A stretch of 64,000 nucleotides of DNA from Eledone cirrhosa (GCA_964016885.1 OZ024740.1:144212001-144276000), one strand, 5' to 3'. Shown: positions 24,950 to 38,734, numbered from the stretch's first letter. Notes: generated by a model from the sequence alone, not told the origin. Numbers and translations: made by a program.

Positions 24950-25128
24950 TGGATTGGCAGTATCGGTAGAGGGTCGGACGCCATGCTTTCCAGCATAGTT
25001 ACGTCCCTTTACGATCTGAGTTCAAATCCCGCCGAGGTTGACTTTGCCTTTCATCCTTACGGGGTCGATAAAATAAAGTACCAGTAATGCACTGGGTAAT
25101 TGCTGGCCTTGTGCCTAAAGTAGAAACA
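24950..25128 (+). mobile_element. Short tRNA-derived SINE with 9-bp TSD, nested in a TTAA MITE
   Basis: attatctta at 24941-24949 and 25129-25137; A and B boxes present. Confidence 0.85.
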
Positions 25129-25699
25129 ATTATCTTAGTAATGAAATCATTATTTTTGTAAACCTCATAAAATGTTTATTAATTAATTAAAATAAAGCAT
25201 ATTTCATCAAAAATGTGGTCATGAAAGGGTTAACCATTATAGGTAAAATTAACTGAAATAGATAATATATGTTTATTAAATATGAGTGTATTTAACACTT
25301 TTGATATCAAACCACCTGAAACTGCCCCTGCTTTTATGATACAGAACAGTTTTAAAGTTTATATTTATCTGAAAACTTTCCATCAGGATTTTATCTAAAA
25401 CATTTTGTTAAATTATGTTCCAAATACCAGCTTAATTGTAGAGCTAGATATGTTTCTACGTTTCTCCAAATTCTTGATTATTTGAAAACCATAGACAGTG
25501 TTTCATTAGAGATATGGTTATGAAGAGTTAATGCTATATATATTTCTTTTCTAGTGTATACACCACACAATATATTGAAAGTAGAATACTGGAAAGCAAA
25601 ACTTCACCCTAACGAGTCTGCATGACTTTCTCAGGAATAAGTGGGCAAAGAAGAAGAAGCCCATTTCTTGTCAGTTGTTCTTTGTTTATTGATGATGGT

Positions 25700-26950
25700 C
25701 TTCATGCATTGTTAGAGGTTATATTTTTTTGATTTGAGAAGTCGAATGTGTGTGTTGCTGTTGGCAGTATTTAAATTCGTGGATATTTTTTGTTTGTTCT
25801 TTTTATTTTTTTTTATAATAGTTTTTCTGTTTTGGGGGATTCTGCACTTAGTTTTGGGGTCTGTTTTGCACATATGTTTGTGACAGTGTCTACAAATTTC
25901 TGCCAAGATGTTTTGATGTTGGTTGGAGATGTGTGCATGTGTGAAAGACCAGTCTTATCAAATAGGTGGGTTGAAGAGAAGTCATTGGGTTTAGCTTTCA
26001 ACTGGTGAAATCTCAGGTTACAGAGACCCTGTCATGGTCTGAAAGGAGGGTTTTTTCAACTGTAATATTATGTATAGTGTTAGTGTGGTTACTAAACACT
26101 AGGTCCAAAATGTTTTTCTGATATCGTGTTGGTTCAAGGACAAGTTGGGACAAGAAAAACTCATCTACAAAGTCGAAAAGTGACTACGGTTAAGGTGGAA
26201 GTGCCTGGTTTCAAACTGTTTGCAGACCAATCGACACAGGGTAGGTTAGTCTCCTATCATAAATATGTTACCAGAATGGCACTATTGTATAAAACAATGT
26301 TGTTGAGGCATTCTTTAAAGTACAGTATGGGCGTTTGTGGTGGCCAATAGAACCCAACTACTATGAAGACCATGGCTTTGTTGTGCATGGTGACTGATTC
26401 ACAGTAGTCATTGGAGAATGTGATATTTCCATCTGCCGTAAAGGAATTATGCAGGAAAATGGCAGTTCCACCCTTCCTTCTGTTGACATGATCCGTGCAG
26501 ATGGTTGTGAAATTACTCAATTTCACTTCAGCTTCCAAGTGGGAGTTGTTGAGATGGATCTCAGTAAGGATGAAAGGATGTGGTGTTGGGGGTTACCAAC
26601 CCAATCTTCAATGTATTGGACCTTCTATTTTTGTGTATTGATGGAAGGGCTGATACCTTGTATATTGAGTAGAAATGCGGAGGCTAGAGTAGTGGCTGGT
26701 TTTGACTGTTAGAGGGGGTTTGTCCTTGTTTGCTTGTAAGTGACAGCAATGAGGGGAGTTGGTGCAATGTGGTAATAGCATAGGATGGCGTTGCGTGATA
26801 GCTAGAAAGTTTTTTGTATCTCTTTAGCCAGGTTCATCATGGCTAAAAAAGAGTTTTCTTGTTTAGGGAGCAGTTTATGACTGGAGGTGTGATTGCACTG
26901 ATAGATAGTGTTGTAGTTTCCACTTTTGGCTGTGTTTTTGTACCTTCGTG
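25700..26950 (-). mobile_element. Degenerate CR1/L2-like LINE fragment (AP endonuclease region)
   Basis: LLNIQG, EAEVKL...RRKGGTAIFL, VVGFYWPP and ILDLVFSN motifs on the minus strand. Confidence 0.6.
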
Positions 26951-27881
26951 AAAAGTCTGGACCAGCATTACTGCAGCAGGGGGTTAGGTATTGGCTTGGA
27001 GCCTCATTTCTGTTAATGTGTAGAGTCCTAGAAGATGAGTGAAGGGACAGTCATGCTGCAGACAGTCTCTCATGTTGGGAATACCAACCGATTTTTATTG
27101 TGACACCAACACTACTGATTATCAACAATAAGGTGCTCTGATATTACATGTTTTATTTATTTATATATATATATATATCCCAGCTAATAAAATAATAAAA
27201 AGGATGGTAACTTGATACCGAACTAGATATTTTGGAAATCAATATATGAAAGTCTGATTGACAAGCTTTATCCATTCTAGATAAAGTATGCATGAATAAT
27301 AAGCTAAAATCAAGATGATCAGCACAGTAAGTGCATCTCTAAGGGAGTTTCATGTTACTAACTTTTCTGCTACATTCTGTAAATGAATCTAGTTTTAGGT
27401 TTATAGCTTTACACTATAGATGACTTACACTAAAATGACTATAAAGAATACTGAAGAGCAATTAGCATTATTTCTTAAAAGCCTACACAGGCCTGTATTA
27501 TGGAAGTAAATATCAGAGCACCTTTTGTTGATAATCAGTAGTGCTGCTGTCACAATAAAAATCACCCAACCCACTTTGTAAAGTAGTAATGCTGATGCCA
27601 TGATAAAAAGCACCAAATCCGCCACTACCACCCTGTTATGTGGTAGTGGAGGTTCCATAACACATCCAGTACATGCTGTGATGTGGTTGGCATTAAAAAG
27701 GGCATCCAGCCATAAAAATCATGCCAGAATTAAACGTATGGGGGAGAGAAAGACAGTCATCTAACTTGTTTTGTCTTGGAATGTGTCAGCCAGTCTAATC
27801 CATGCAAGTGTAGAAAATAGTTCTTAAACAACGATAATGATGATGGTCGTACCATATAACAGCATATATATAGAGCAAATA

Positions 27882-28304
27882 ATATGTAGGAAAATATACA
27901 TACATTAAGGTGGTACTAAAATTTTGCAATCTGCAGAAATTTTTATTCATTTGTTTGAACTGACTGATTGCAACAGGTTTTTCGGAGCTATTTCCAGCAC
28001 CTATAATGTCTTGTCCTCTTTAAAACTGCTCTCACTTTTTTTAAATGTTCACACCATGTTGATGCGATTTGAAATTATTCCTCTGGTCAGATATATAGCC
28101 TTTAGGTACAGCACGAGACATATATAAAGACAATCTCCACTGATGAGTGAAGTTTGTCTTTTAATGTATTACCAAAATCGATAGTTGGTAATCGATAATC
28201 GATTACTTAGATCAATATTTTGTGTTAATCTTTATTTTATGAAATGACCATCTGGAGATAATAAATTTAGTACCACCTTAAAGTATGTATATTTTCCTAC
28301 ATAT
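27882..28304. mobile_element. MITE-like element with terminal inverted repeats of about 40 bp (TTAA-GGTGGTACTA core)
   Basis: atatgtaggaaaatatacatacattaaggtggtactaaa versus tttagtaccaccttaaagtatgtatattttcctacatat. Confidence 0.7.
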
Positions 28305-28639
28305 GTGCACAAAATGCTATGTGTTTCTCAAAAGATATATGCCTTTTTTCCTTTCTCGCTATATATATCTTTTAAACTTGAATAATGCACACAGTCCACA
28401 CTGTAAGGTGGTTCATGATAGGAAGGGCATCCAGCCAGAAAAACCCTGCTAAAACATGAACAGTACGATAAACATAACTCTCACAAATTACATATACAAG
28501 GCTAACACTAGTCATGTTTGTGCTGCACACGGTAGTGGGGTGGCTACAGTAGCCATGTGCGAGAACCCCTTAACCATCATCAAGCAATCACACAACACTT
28601 CCCTTTCAGATACATAGAACTTTTACCCCAAGAAAATAA

Positions 28640-29450
28640 CTGGAAAGGTACAAATCTCAGGACTGCCACCCTCGATGTTGGCATCCTGAAAGTAAATCAG
28701 GTAAAATAGTGGAGCTGCTAGAGAGGAAAGAAGTGGATATACGCTGTGTACATGAGGAGAGATGGAGGGATGCCTCAGCAAGACTGCTCACAGGCAAACA
28801 ACAGAGATATAAACTCTACTGGATAGGAAATGACAATGGGTAGGAGGGATAGGCATCTTACTGGCTGAGAAATGGATAGATAAGAGTAAGTGACAGAATC
28901 ATCAAGCTTAGAATAGCTGTAGGATATAGAATGGTGACAATTACATATACCTATCCCCAAGCCATGTACAAAGGAGCTGTCAGTAAAGTGAAAGTAGGAA
29001 TTGAGTTTAGTGAAGAATTCAGGGTACAAGTAGGAGTCCATCAGGGTTCTGTTTTTAGCCCACTACTATTCATTAGAGTTCTCCAGGTTATAACAAAGGA
29101 GTTTAAGAATGGCTGTCCATGAGAACTTCTCTATGCAGACGATCTAGTCTTTATAGCCAAATCCATTAAAGAACTAGAAAATAAGTTCTTCAATATGGAA
29201 ACTATTTATAATCAAAAGGTCTAAAAGTAAACTTAGCCAAAACTAAAGTGCTAGTGAGAAAGAGAGAAGATAAGACTGATTCCTTCAGGTAAGTTGCCCT
29301 GCTCAATATGTAGAAAAAGAGTAGAAATAAACTCCAAACGATGTACACAATGTAAATTTTGGGTATATAAGATATGTAATGGGATAACGGGTAGACTAAC
29401 AGGGAGGGAAGACTTTGTTTGTAAAAGATGCACAGGGGTAACCGAGGAGA
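28640..29450 (+). mobile_element. Internally deleted RTE: endonuclease N-terminus joined to RT end and PHD
   Basis: ATLDVG...VELLERK.VDI..V.E.RWR, then a jump near 28955 to QAMYKGAVSKV...YADDL...CSICRK. Confidence 0.8.
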
Positions 29451-29488
29451 AGACATACATATCTATCTATGTATAGGGGATTAGTGGA

Positions 29489-31400
29489 AGGCTTTCGATA
29501 GGGTTGACCATCGTTACCTGGATGCGGTGCTCGAGGCGGCAGGCTTCGGACCCGTGTTCAGGGGCTGGATTGCTGCAATGCACAACAGCAACATCTGCTC
29601 GAGGGTCAAGGTGAACGGCTACCTCTCGGAGCCGTTCCATATTACGCAATCCATTCTACAGGGATGCCCTCTCTCCTCCCTTCTGTACGTACTGACTCTC
29701 GAGCCACGACTGCGGAAGTTGGAGCTATTGCAGGGCATCCCTCTGAAACCGGGACTGCGGAAAGCGGCGTCGGCCTAAGCCGACGACATGACAGTAATGG
29801 TGTCGAACGCCTCGCAAATTGAGGAAGTCGGCACCTTACTGAAGGAATACGAAAGTTTCACAGGAGCAAAGATGAACCGGAACAAGTCCATCGGTTTGCA
29901 ACTCGGATCGTGGAGAGGCAAACCGATGCCTTCCGATGGCGTCGTCGGACGCTGGACGGAAGGACCGGTGAAGCTGCTCGGGGTCTGGTTTGGTCCGGAC
30001 CACCAGGTGGAGAAGAACTGGAACGAAGTGACGGCCAAGGTGTTTGCACTCACCCAGAAGTGGGACGAGTGCAAACTATCCTTGAAAGGTCGAGCGGAGG
30101 TGGCGAACACTTTTATAGCGTCCGCCATCTACTACCGCTTGACCGTCGTGCCTTGTCCAGCCAAAACGCTCACCAAAATGGAGCGCGCGCTCTTCCAATT
30201 CATTTGGAAGAGGCAGGCTCCTTTGGTGAGAAGATCCATCTGCTGCCAACACCCTTCTAACGGAGGGCTGGGGATGCCGTGGCTGATGATGCGCAAACAG
30301 GCGCTCAGGCTGCAGCATCTCCACGTATTCCTCACTGAACAACCGGTGTGGGCCTCGTTCGTGAGGCGAGCCTTCCCACGACTCGTCTCACTGACCGAGC
30401 TGCAGTCCTGGGTCAAGCAAAGACCGAGGAAAATGGGTGACTGGCACATCGAATGTGCTCAGGCGCTCACAGCCCTCTGGCAGGCGGACCCGGCAATCAG
30501 TGGAGACTCCACTTCGTCATTCTATAGAGAGTTGATCCGCAGCAAGTGCGACGACGCGCTCGGTGAAACTCTAGGCGTAGAGGAAGATGAACTGGCCAGT
30601 CTGTTCGGTAGGAACTTCCGCCCGGGACCGATGGACAACTTCCAAAAGTCCCTGGCCTGGCAGTGTTACCGAGGAGCTCTACCAGTTCGAGACAAGCTCT
30701 ACAGACATGGGCGCCCGGGCAGGGACCCTGCAAAAGAGATCTGTCCGAGGTGCGTGCGAGACGAAGAAACCGTCGCGCACGCATTCATACACTGCCTGGG
30801 CGTCACTGACCTGTGGGGCTATGTAGAATGACTATTGTCGCGGGTGGGACCAATCCGGTTGACCACCGAGTCCATTGTCATGATCAAACCGCCACCCTCC
30901 TTCAAAAACGAAGGAGAGGTGGTTTTCCTTTGTGTGATAGCTATGGCGAAAGAGGTTGTATGGTGGACAAGGTTGAAAGGGCTGAGGTCAGACACCTTTC
31001 TCTCCGGCCAACAACTGATTCTTTTTTTCAAATATCACTTTGGAAGAAGAATCAGGGTGGAGAGAGAGGTGCTGTACCCCAGCAAGTTTTATGAGAGGTG
31101 AGTGAAAGTGGCGAGAATGGCCCGAGTGAATGGGCCTTCTCTCTATATCAGCCTGTAGGTTGAGGAAAAGGAGGAGGAGAGGAAAGGAGTACAAACTCTT
31201 CGTACTCCTGGAAATGAGGGTTGTACATTTTTTCGGGGGTATGTGTTACCCATATGAACTGTCTCCCCCTATTGGGGAAAATCGACTACTTTTTTAAATT
31301 GCATTTGTGATAATATTTTACACGTTTTATTGTATGTAAACTTCCCCCTTTGTATTTGTCCCCTTCTTTTGTGCCCCTGTGGCTAATAAAGAAACATATC
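29489..31400 (+). mobile_element. 5'-truncated Tx1/L1-clade LINE (RT plus C-terminal CCHC zinc finger), GC-rich, with 17-bp TSD
   Basis: KAFDRVDH, QGCPLS, A*ADD (Y to stop at 29776), LSLKGR, GGLG, CPRC...ET..HAF.HC; aataaa at the 3' end; TSD tataggggattagtgga at 29472-29488 and 31401-31417. Confidence 0.9.
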
Positions 31401-32275
31401 TATAGGGGATTAGTGGAGGATAAGTGCGACAACGTTCTTGAGGAAACTCTAGGCATCGAGGAGGACGAACTGACCAGGGAGGACTTTCCGTCCAGGACCT
31501 ATGGATAACTTCCAGAGGTCTCTGGTCTGGCAGTGCTACCGAGGAGCTCTACCAGTTCGAGACAAAATCTACAGGCACGGACGCCCTGGCAGAGATCTTG
31601 CCAAAAGGACCTGTCCAAGATGCGAGTAGGACATCAAAACCGTTCTGCACGCAAATGTTCAGTTCCCATGGGTGACCGACCTGTGGAATTATGTCGAACA
31701 GCTACTGTCACGTGTGGGACGCATCCAGTTGTCAGCCGAGTCCATCGTGAGGATCACCCCGCCGCCTTCATTTAAGAACGAAGGAGGCGGTTTTCCTCTG
31801 TCTGGTTGCTATGGCAAAAGAGGTAATATGGTGGACGAGGTTAAAAGGACTGAGGGCAAACATCTTTCTCTCCGGACAACAACTTATCCCCTTCTTTAAG
31901 TATCACTTCAGAAGGAAGGTGAGAGTGGAGAGAGAGAGGTGCTACACCCCAGTAAATTCGCTGAAAGGTGGGTGAATGTGGCAAAAATGGCCCGAGTGAA
32001 TGGGCCTTCTCTGTATATAAACATGTAGGTTGAGGAAGATAAACAGAGGGAAGACAGGAACACTACAAAACGTGTTCCTGGTATTGAGGGTTGTTCTATC
32101 CACGGGGTGTAAAACAACCCTGCAGTAACGTTCCCCCTACTGGGGATTTTAATTGTTATTTTATTATATATAGTTTATTGTTATTTATTAATGTTAAAGT
32201 TATTTTTATGTAAAACCCCCCCGCCGTCACGTCTTGTAATGTCCCATTTTTGTATGCCCCTGTGGCAAATAAAGA
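31401..32275 (+). mobile_element. Shorter, more degenerate Tx1/L1 3' fragment of a related subfamily
   Basis: Colinear with 30523-31392 (YRGLVEDKCD versus YRELIRSKCD); ends cccctgtggcaaataaaga(TA)n. Confidence 0.88.
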
Positions 32276-33864
32276 TATATATATATATATATCTTTATAT
32301 ATATTTATATAAGGGTGGGGAAATCTAACTGAAATAGATTACAAAACCAAAGTCTTTCAACTTGAAACTGATTTCTTAAATTTGAGAAAGAAGCCACTTT
32401 TATATCCACTAGAGAAACTGAGATCAAATTACATATATGTTTAGATCAATATGATATTGAAATTTCTTTTGTGTTGAGCCAAGCCAAAATGAAATGTAAG
32501 AATACTTAGTTCAATTATCTGTGCCAAATATATCTCAATCATAAAGCCAAGACAAAACCTACCACTATGATTGTGTATAATATTTGCTTCGCCATTAATT
32601 TGCATTACATACGCTTACCAGAGTTGTTTCCCAAGAAAGCATAAATACATACATTTTGTGTTATTCCTCTTTAGTTCCTTTTGCTCCCTATCATGCATTG
32701 AGCAACTTTTGTTCCAGTAGCAATTTTTTTTTTTATTAATGGAGGTATGGTTGCCAGCCACATGCCCCATCCCTACTCTCTTCTCAACACAGACTGGAAA
32801 CAACCTAGCATTTTGAGATTGGGGTAGGTTGGGTGTCATCGCCCTGGATAGAGGCCCATTTCAGGTACTGTCAGCTGGAGCCAGCTGAGCCTGGGATTCA
32901 AATTGCTTCACTCTATTTTCAAAGGAACATTAGATAACACTATGTCCAATATTGAAATAATGTTTCTTTAAATCCTGGATAATGGTGCATCTGGTACTGA
33001 AATAATATTTCTTCAAATCACTTTATTTTTCCAATTGAGCTTGAGAAATCAAAGCTAATAAAGGGCTGCTATCTAGTGCCTCAATTGTTAGACCAAGCAG
33101 TGAAATGCTTCTATATCTTTGAACAGCATGCCCGTCAATACAGAGGTCAGCAACTGCAAGATTACTTATTTAATCCTTTAGCATTTAAACTGCCCAGAAC
33201 TATCTCACTTCTTTCTGTTCAAACTGGCTGTAACCAGCCGCTCATACTGATAAGGTATTGTTCTCAAAATAAATATCAAAATCTCATAGATTCGATATTA
33301 TGTGAAATAATTACGTGAGGTAAAGTGTTTACTGTAAAAATACAATAGTATATATAGAGTAATGTAAATGCTAAAGGGTTAAGTACATAAATTCAACCAA
33401 AATCAACTGTATGCTGCTTCTTATAGATTATATTTCCTAAAGCAGAGCTGACCAGAGCTATAACAACAAATATAGCAGTATTTGAAATAAATCTTTATTA
33501 CGCATTTTATATTGTACACAGTCCCATGAGGGAATGCTGAAAATATCTAAAGTAGTACATATCTAGTTAATCAGTTAGTTAGCAGGTATTATTGACTGGT
33601 GTAGCATTATCGTCCTGAACTACTAAAATGGTAAAGATAATGTTTTAGAGGCATTAACCCTTTCATTACAATATTTTTTCTTCATGAAAAACACTGCTTA
33701 TTATTATTATTATTATTCAAATTATTTTGAAAATTATTAAGAATTTTGGGATATTTAGAATTATAACTGGAAGGATTTCAGATAACTATAAACATTTTAA
33801 AATAAACAGTTTTATATTGAAGAAACCAGGATGGTTTCAGGTAGTTTGGTATCAAAAGAGTTAA

Positions 33865-34760
33865 ACTGATGGGCCAAGTCATGAAAGTGGCAGAGATGAT
33901 TAAAAGAAAGCTAATCAGGGCACAACTAGCTTAGATGGGATTCAGTTTAAGTTTGTGTCACAATATGGGACCATCCATGCCACCTTTTTAGTGAGGCAAC
34001 CACAAAAGAAGTTCTTAGTATACCGAGTATTCATTTATTAGCTACACAAATTTATTGGCAGGACACCACACTCCATAGTGTAAGAAAACTTGGAGTAGAG
34101 AAATAGCTTGTGAGAGCTATCATCAAGGTAAATGCTACCATCAATATGTTAGCAAAAGTTCAGTGAAGAATTTAGTATGCAAGCAATTGTCCACAGATCT
34201 GTTCTGTTTATCCTAGTTCTCCAGACCAGAACAGAAGTTTAAAATTAATTGTCCACCAGAACTATTATTGTATGATGATAATCTAGTTATCAGAGCTGAA
34301 TAAATTTGAGAATTAGAAGAAAAGATCCTAACTTGGAAGTAGGGTCTAGAACCATAATGCCTAAAGGTTAATTTGACAAAGACAAAAGTTTTAGTTAACA
34401 TAAAAAACAAAATACTACTACTGACAGAAATGTAGTAGGTAGGAACAAAAGGCTTCTTTCTTGGACTAAAAGGACAAACTGTATGAAGTTTGAGTCTGAA
34501 GCGCAATGTTGCTGAGTAGTGAGATGTGGCTGCTAAATGTAGAGTATATATAAAAGCTAAAAAGAAATGAGGTAAACATGCTTTGCTGGAAGAAAAATTC
34601 TGCAGGACAAAAAGACTGCATTGGTATGGACAAGTGACACACAAAGCATGATGGTTGGGAGAAAAAGTATAAAACTATACAAGTTGAAGAAGCCTGCGAA
34701 AGATGTGGTCGAAAGTAGTGAAGGGTGATCTCAAGACTGGGTGATCTCAAGACCACAAGT
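33865..34760 (+). mobile_element. Highly degenerate RTE fragment (RT to C-terminus)
   Basis: RKLGVE, YDDNLV, VNLTKTKVLV and SEMW remnants colinear with 14445-15770. Confidence 0.65.
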
Positions 34761-36535
34761 AAAGAGATACTGTGCTGAAACATACCTATACATTCATATT
34801 TGCATGTAAGAGTGGATGGTAAAATAGCGGCGATGACTGAAATCAAACTAGTAGTTTATATGTCAACAAGTTTATATTAAAATTATTTTTTAATAAATTT
34901 CTCTTAATACTTCTCACTCAAAAATGATCGAACAAAATGGTAATGGATAAGTATGAAATGGTTAATTCCTTAACTATTTTACATGACCTCATTTACTTAG
35001 TGGTAGAAAAACTTTTAGTCATTCAACCTAAGAAAAATGTAATTCTTTGTCATAACTGGTATCTAGATATATTAACTTGTAACATCCTGTAATAATTTAG
35101 CAGAAAATATCTTTAAAAAAAAAAAAAAAAAGCAAAGGGGTTGTTAATTCAAATATTTATAGTATTGTTACTAGTAGATAGAACATTGTGAACATTTGCA
35201 GTATTAATTTTTAGTATCAAGAATGTCTTGTTAGTGGTTTTGTGTGGTACAGGCCATTAAGAGTTGAGAAATATTCTATAATCCCATCTGAACATTATAA
35301 GCTTCCTCCTAAAAAAATATCCTACCTTTGTATAAGTTTCATATACAAAGTGATTAACTAAAGCAAAAAGTAAATCGTTCTCCTTTTCAGTCAATCATAA
35401 CCAGATATGCTCTAATTGAAACAATTTTTAGCAAGGAAAGCAGATGTTAAATGATAATGATGATAACCATGAATATGAAACATCAATGTTTTGGTTATTT
35501 GTTTTTGATATAAGTTAACTAGGCAAATACTAATTGGCTCTTACACTTCAATTTATTTTTCATGTCGCCAGTTTTAAATTTAGTATTGAGTTGAGTCATG
35601 AGAATTTTGGGTAAAATGATATGTGATATTTATTGTGGCTCTGTGCTCAACTTTGCCTTTCATTCTTTTGAAGTTGATAGCTAAAATACCAGTCCAATAT
35701 TGGGGATGCATTTTCTTCTGTATTTTTCTCTCGCCCAGTGCTCCTTCATCTGGAAGAAATCAGCTTGGTTCAAACGTCAAAGACACTACAGCACCCCTTC
35801 AACTCAATCAGGAGTTATAGGCTTATGGTATAGCATAGATTTATATTCACATTAAATGTATTAGTGTTTATTTTCACCTAAGTTCCATATTTGTAAATGA
35901 AATGTGAATTTTTGCTATGCATCTTATATAATTCTGAAATATACCTGTATAGTTACAAAAACTAAATGTTTTCTTTCAATTTGTAAATACAATATAAACA
36001 GTTCTTTGTTTTGTTTGTTTTTTATCATATACATTAGCAATTAACCTTTTACATCATTTACCCTATTATATGAAAAAAGAAAATACAAAAAAGCTTGATG
36101 CTGTCTGTGCATTGGCTCAACTGAGAATCTCTCAAATATTTCTTTTCTTTTTTAGATATGTTGCTTTCTCTCTCTCATGAAGAAATATATAGTACTATGG
36201 GCCTCCGTTGGTTTCAAAAATGAGTATTCCAGCTGTGTGATCAATAGGGCAGCTTGTTTGTGAAATTAACATGTAAGTGACTGAGTATTCCACAGACACA
36301 AGTATCCATAACAGTTTTCAGGGAGATTCGGCATTACAGTGTTTAACAAGGCTGACCCTTTGCATTACAGATATAGTCCATCTGATGGATTTCAAAACAG
36401 TTTCTGTATACCCAATTTTACCCACAGGTGGCTGGCTATTCAGTGGGGTCAAACCTAAGACCTAATGATAATGAAGTGAACTTCTTAACCATTCACCCAT
36501 GCTGTGTTCACAAGAAATATATATTTAGTAATACA

Positions 36536-36853
36536 CAGGGTGTTTATAAAGTCCTTGTGCAAATTTAAATCTTAACTTTAAGTCTACAAATGATAGAATT
36601 ATGCAGTAAATTGCATATAAGCATAAATTATATAGTTTTGAAGTATAAGGATCTAAAAACTTGCTAATTAATAATAGTTTGTTATAAATTAATAATTGGG
36701 GAATTATAAAACCAGTAGCTTGATGTATCACAAAACATGGCAATCAGGTTGAATGTATCAAATTTGTATAAATAAATATTTTACATGCAGTTTACAGTGT
36801 ATTTCTATCATGAATGCAGTTATTGATGTTTAAATTTAGACAAGGACTTTATA
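36536..36853. mobile_element. Tc1/mariner-type MITE, right end eroded
   Basis: cagggtgtttataaagtccttgtgcaaatttaaa versus tttaaatttagacaaggactttat. Confidence 0.55.
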
Positions 36854-36969
36854 TTAAGTGAGATGGAAAGAAATGCCTTACAGCATATAGTTTCATCTCA
36901 CTAAGTTCTGAGTTCAAATTAGTGTAGTTAATTTAGTATTTCATCATATTCGGAATATATTTTTCTTGT

Positions 36970-37153
36970 TTAACTCTTAACATTTTGTACCACATGGAAC
37001 TGCATAAGCAAAACATAATTCAAAATTAAAGTCTTTACTCAATTTTGCAAATTTTTACAATTTTCTCTCCAATAGTGAAGATACTGTAAACATTTGATTT
37101 TAACCCGTTTTTAGACATTTTCTGCTAAATCACTGTAGGATGTTAAGAGTTAA
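36970..37153. mobile_element. TTAA-flanked MITE of about 185 bp; related copies about 20570-20758, 35073-35265, 40970-41160, 61590-61795
   Basis: Perfect 14-bp inverted ends ttaactcttaacat / atgttaagagttaa; shared internal aatttagcagaaaat. Confidence 0.75.
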
Positions 37154-38677
37154 GTAACGCACGTGTGTACAAGGTCTGTCATTCTCCTTCACACATTCTA
37201 GAATGTCTAATTCATTTGCAACTTGCTAAATAGGCTTTTAACTAGACAAGTTTTAAATATACCTCTGTGCATTCTCTGTTGTCATTATTTTCATAACCAA
37301 ATCATTTATTGTCTTAAAAAAGACTACTTTGCTTCAGTCCTACATCTGGTCTGACAAACTTGCAGTGAACTGTGTCTAAACTGTTTGAATAGCTCTGAAA
37401 AATGTTAAGTCTTACTATATGTTAGCTTCAATAACTACCATCTGGAGTAGACAATCCTTTTAAGAACTGACAGCTAACCTTGTCAAATTACAAAAGAACC
37501 AGTTTAAAATTGGGGTCAACATGTATTTTGGTGATTACTGTACTAATATTTATCTATAAGCTCATCACTTTCCTTAGGGGCAGATAAAAGTTCAACAAAT
37601 CACAGATAATCTAGCATTTGGAAATGTTAATATTTTTTATTTATTTTAAAAATAAATTTTCTGCACTTATATAATGGACACAACAAGATATTGCTAATAT
37701 TGTTATGAATAAGCTAGTAAGTACTGTAATAGAGGATACATTCCTTGTGAATCAAGTCAGTAACCTAGTTTAACTCTTAGTTGAAGTTAGTTCACTTTAC
37801 ATATGCTAATATTGTGGAGGGAAATCATGAGCATTACAATATTACATCTTTCTTTTCTCTATACAGGTGGAGCTTTGAATTTAGACTATAAAAAATATAA
37901 AATAACAGGTCAATGGTTCTTTTTTCTGTGTGAAGTTTGAGTTTATAATGTCTGATATCATTTACATGAAAACCTTAATGTTGAAATTATTATGGTTATA
38001 AATAAACAAAAATAGGATAAAACCTAAAAAAACAAAATAGTTTTAGAAAATTTAATGTTGAGATAAGCTTAATTATTTTTTTTAACAAGCAGCTTGGTAG
38101 AAATAACAACCAAATTTCACTGCACTGTTTTACAAACAGCAGGATGGTCACAGCTGGAAACATTTTAGTCATAAATGTACTTAGTTAGGCCTGACTTAGG
38201 GCTAAAGAACAATAAAAACTACTTCAGAATAAAAGCAAAGACAGACCATGCAAGATGTGAATTCAAAATGAAGAGACAAGATCAAATACATTTAGTTGAA
38301 AGGGCTAAAAGTAATTTTAGCAAAGACGAAAGTTTTAATAAGTAGGAAAGAAGACAAAGGTGATACCATCAGTGGCCTTGTTCAATATATCAGAAAGCGG
38401 TGGGCAAGAATTCCATAAGGTGACACAACCATATAGTTACCTCCTACTTGTGTTTATATATATTTATGTATGTGAAGGTGTGTTGTGTACTTAAGACACT
38501 TTATTTCATGTTACTTCAGACCAATCTCCTGGAAAAAATTAGTTGTATACATACATTGTGTCAAACTGAATCTCCCCGAGAAGTACATTATGGGTGCATG
38601 TATCTGTGGAATGCTCAGCCACTCATATGTAATTTCATGAGCTGGCAGTTCTGTTGACTGAATCAACTGGAGTACTC

Positions 38678-38726
<49 letters not shown>

Positions 38727-38734
38727 TACAATGG

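Noticed and set aside
24950-25035. tRNA gene
   Set aside because: A and B boxes belong to a multi-copy SINE head with a TSD; no convincing cloverleaf.
29476-29488. GGGGATTAGTGGA as a shared 5' leader on two Tx1 copies
   Set aside because: It is in-frame coding sequence of the second element and is better explained as a target-site duplication.
29489-31200. Bacterial contamination, horizontally transferred gene or CpG-island promoter suggested by high GC
   Set aside because: Encodes Tx1/L1 RT and zinc-finger motifs, with a polyadenylation signal and TSD.
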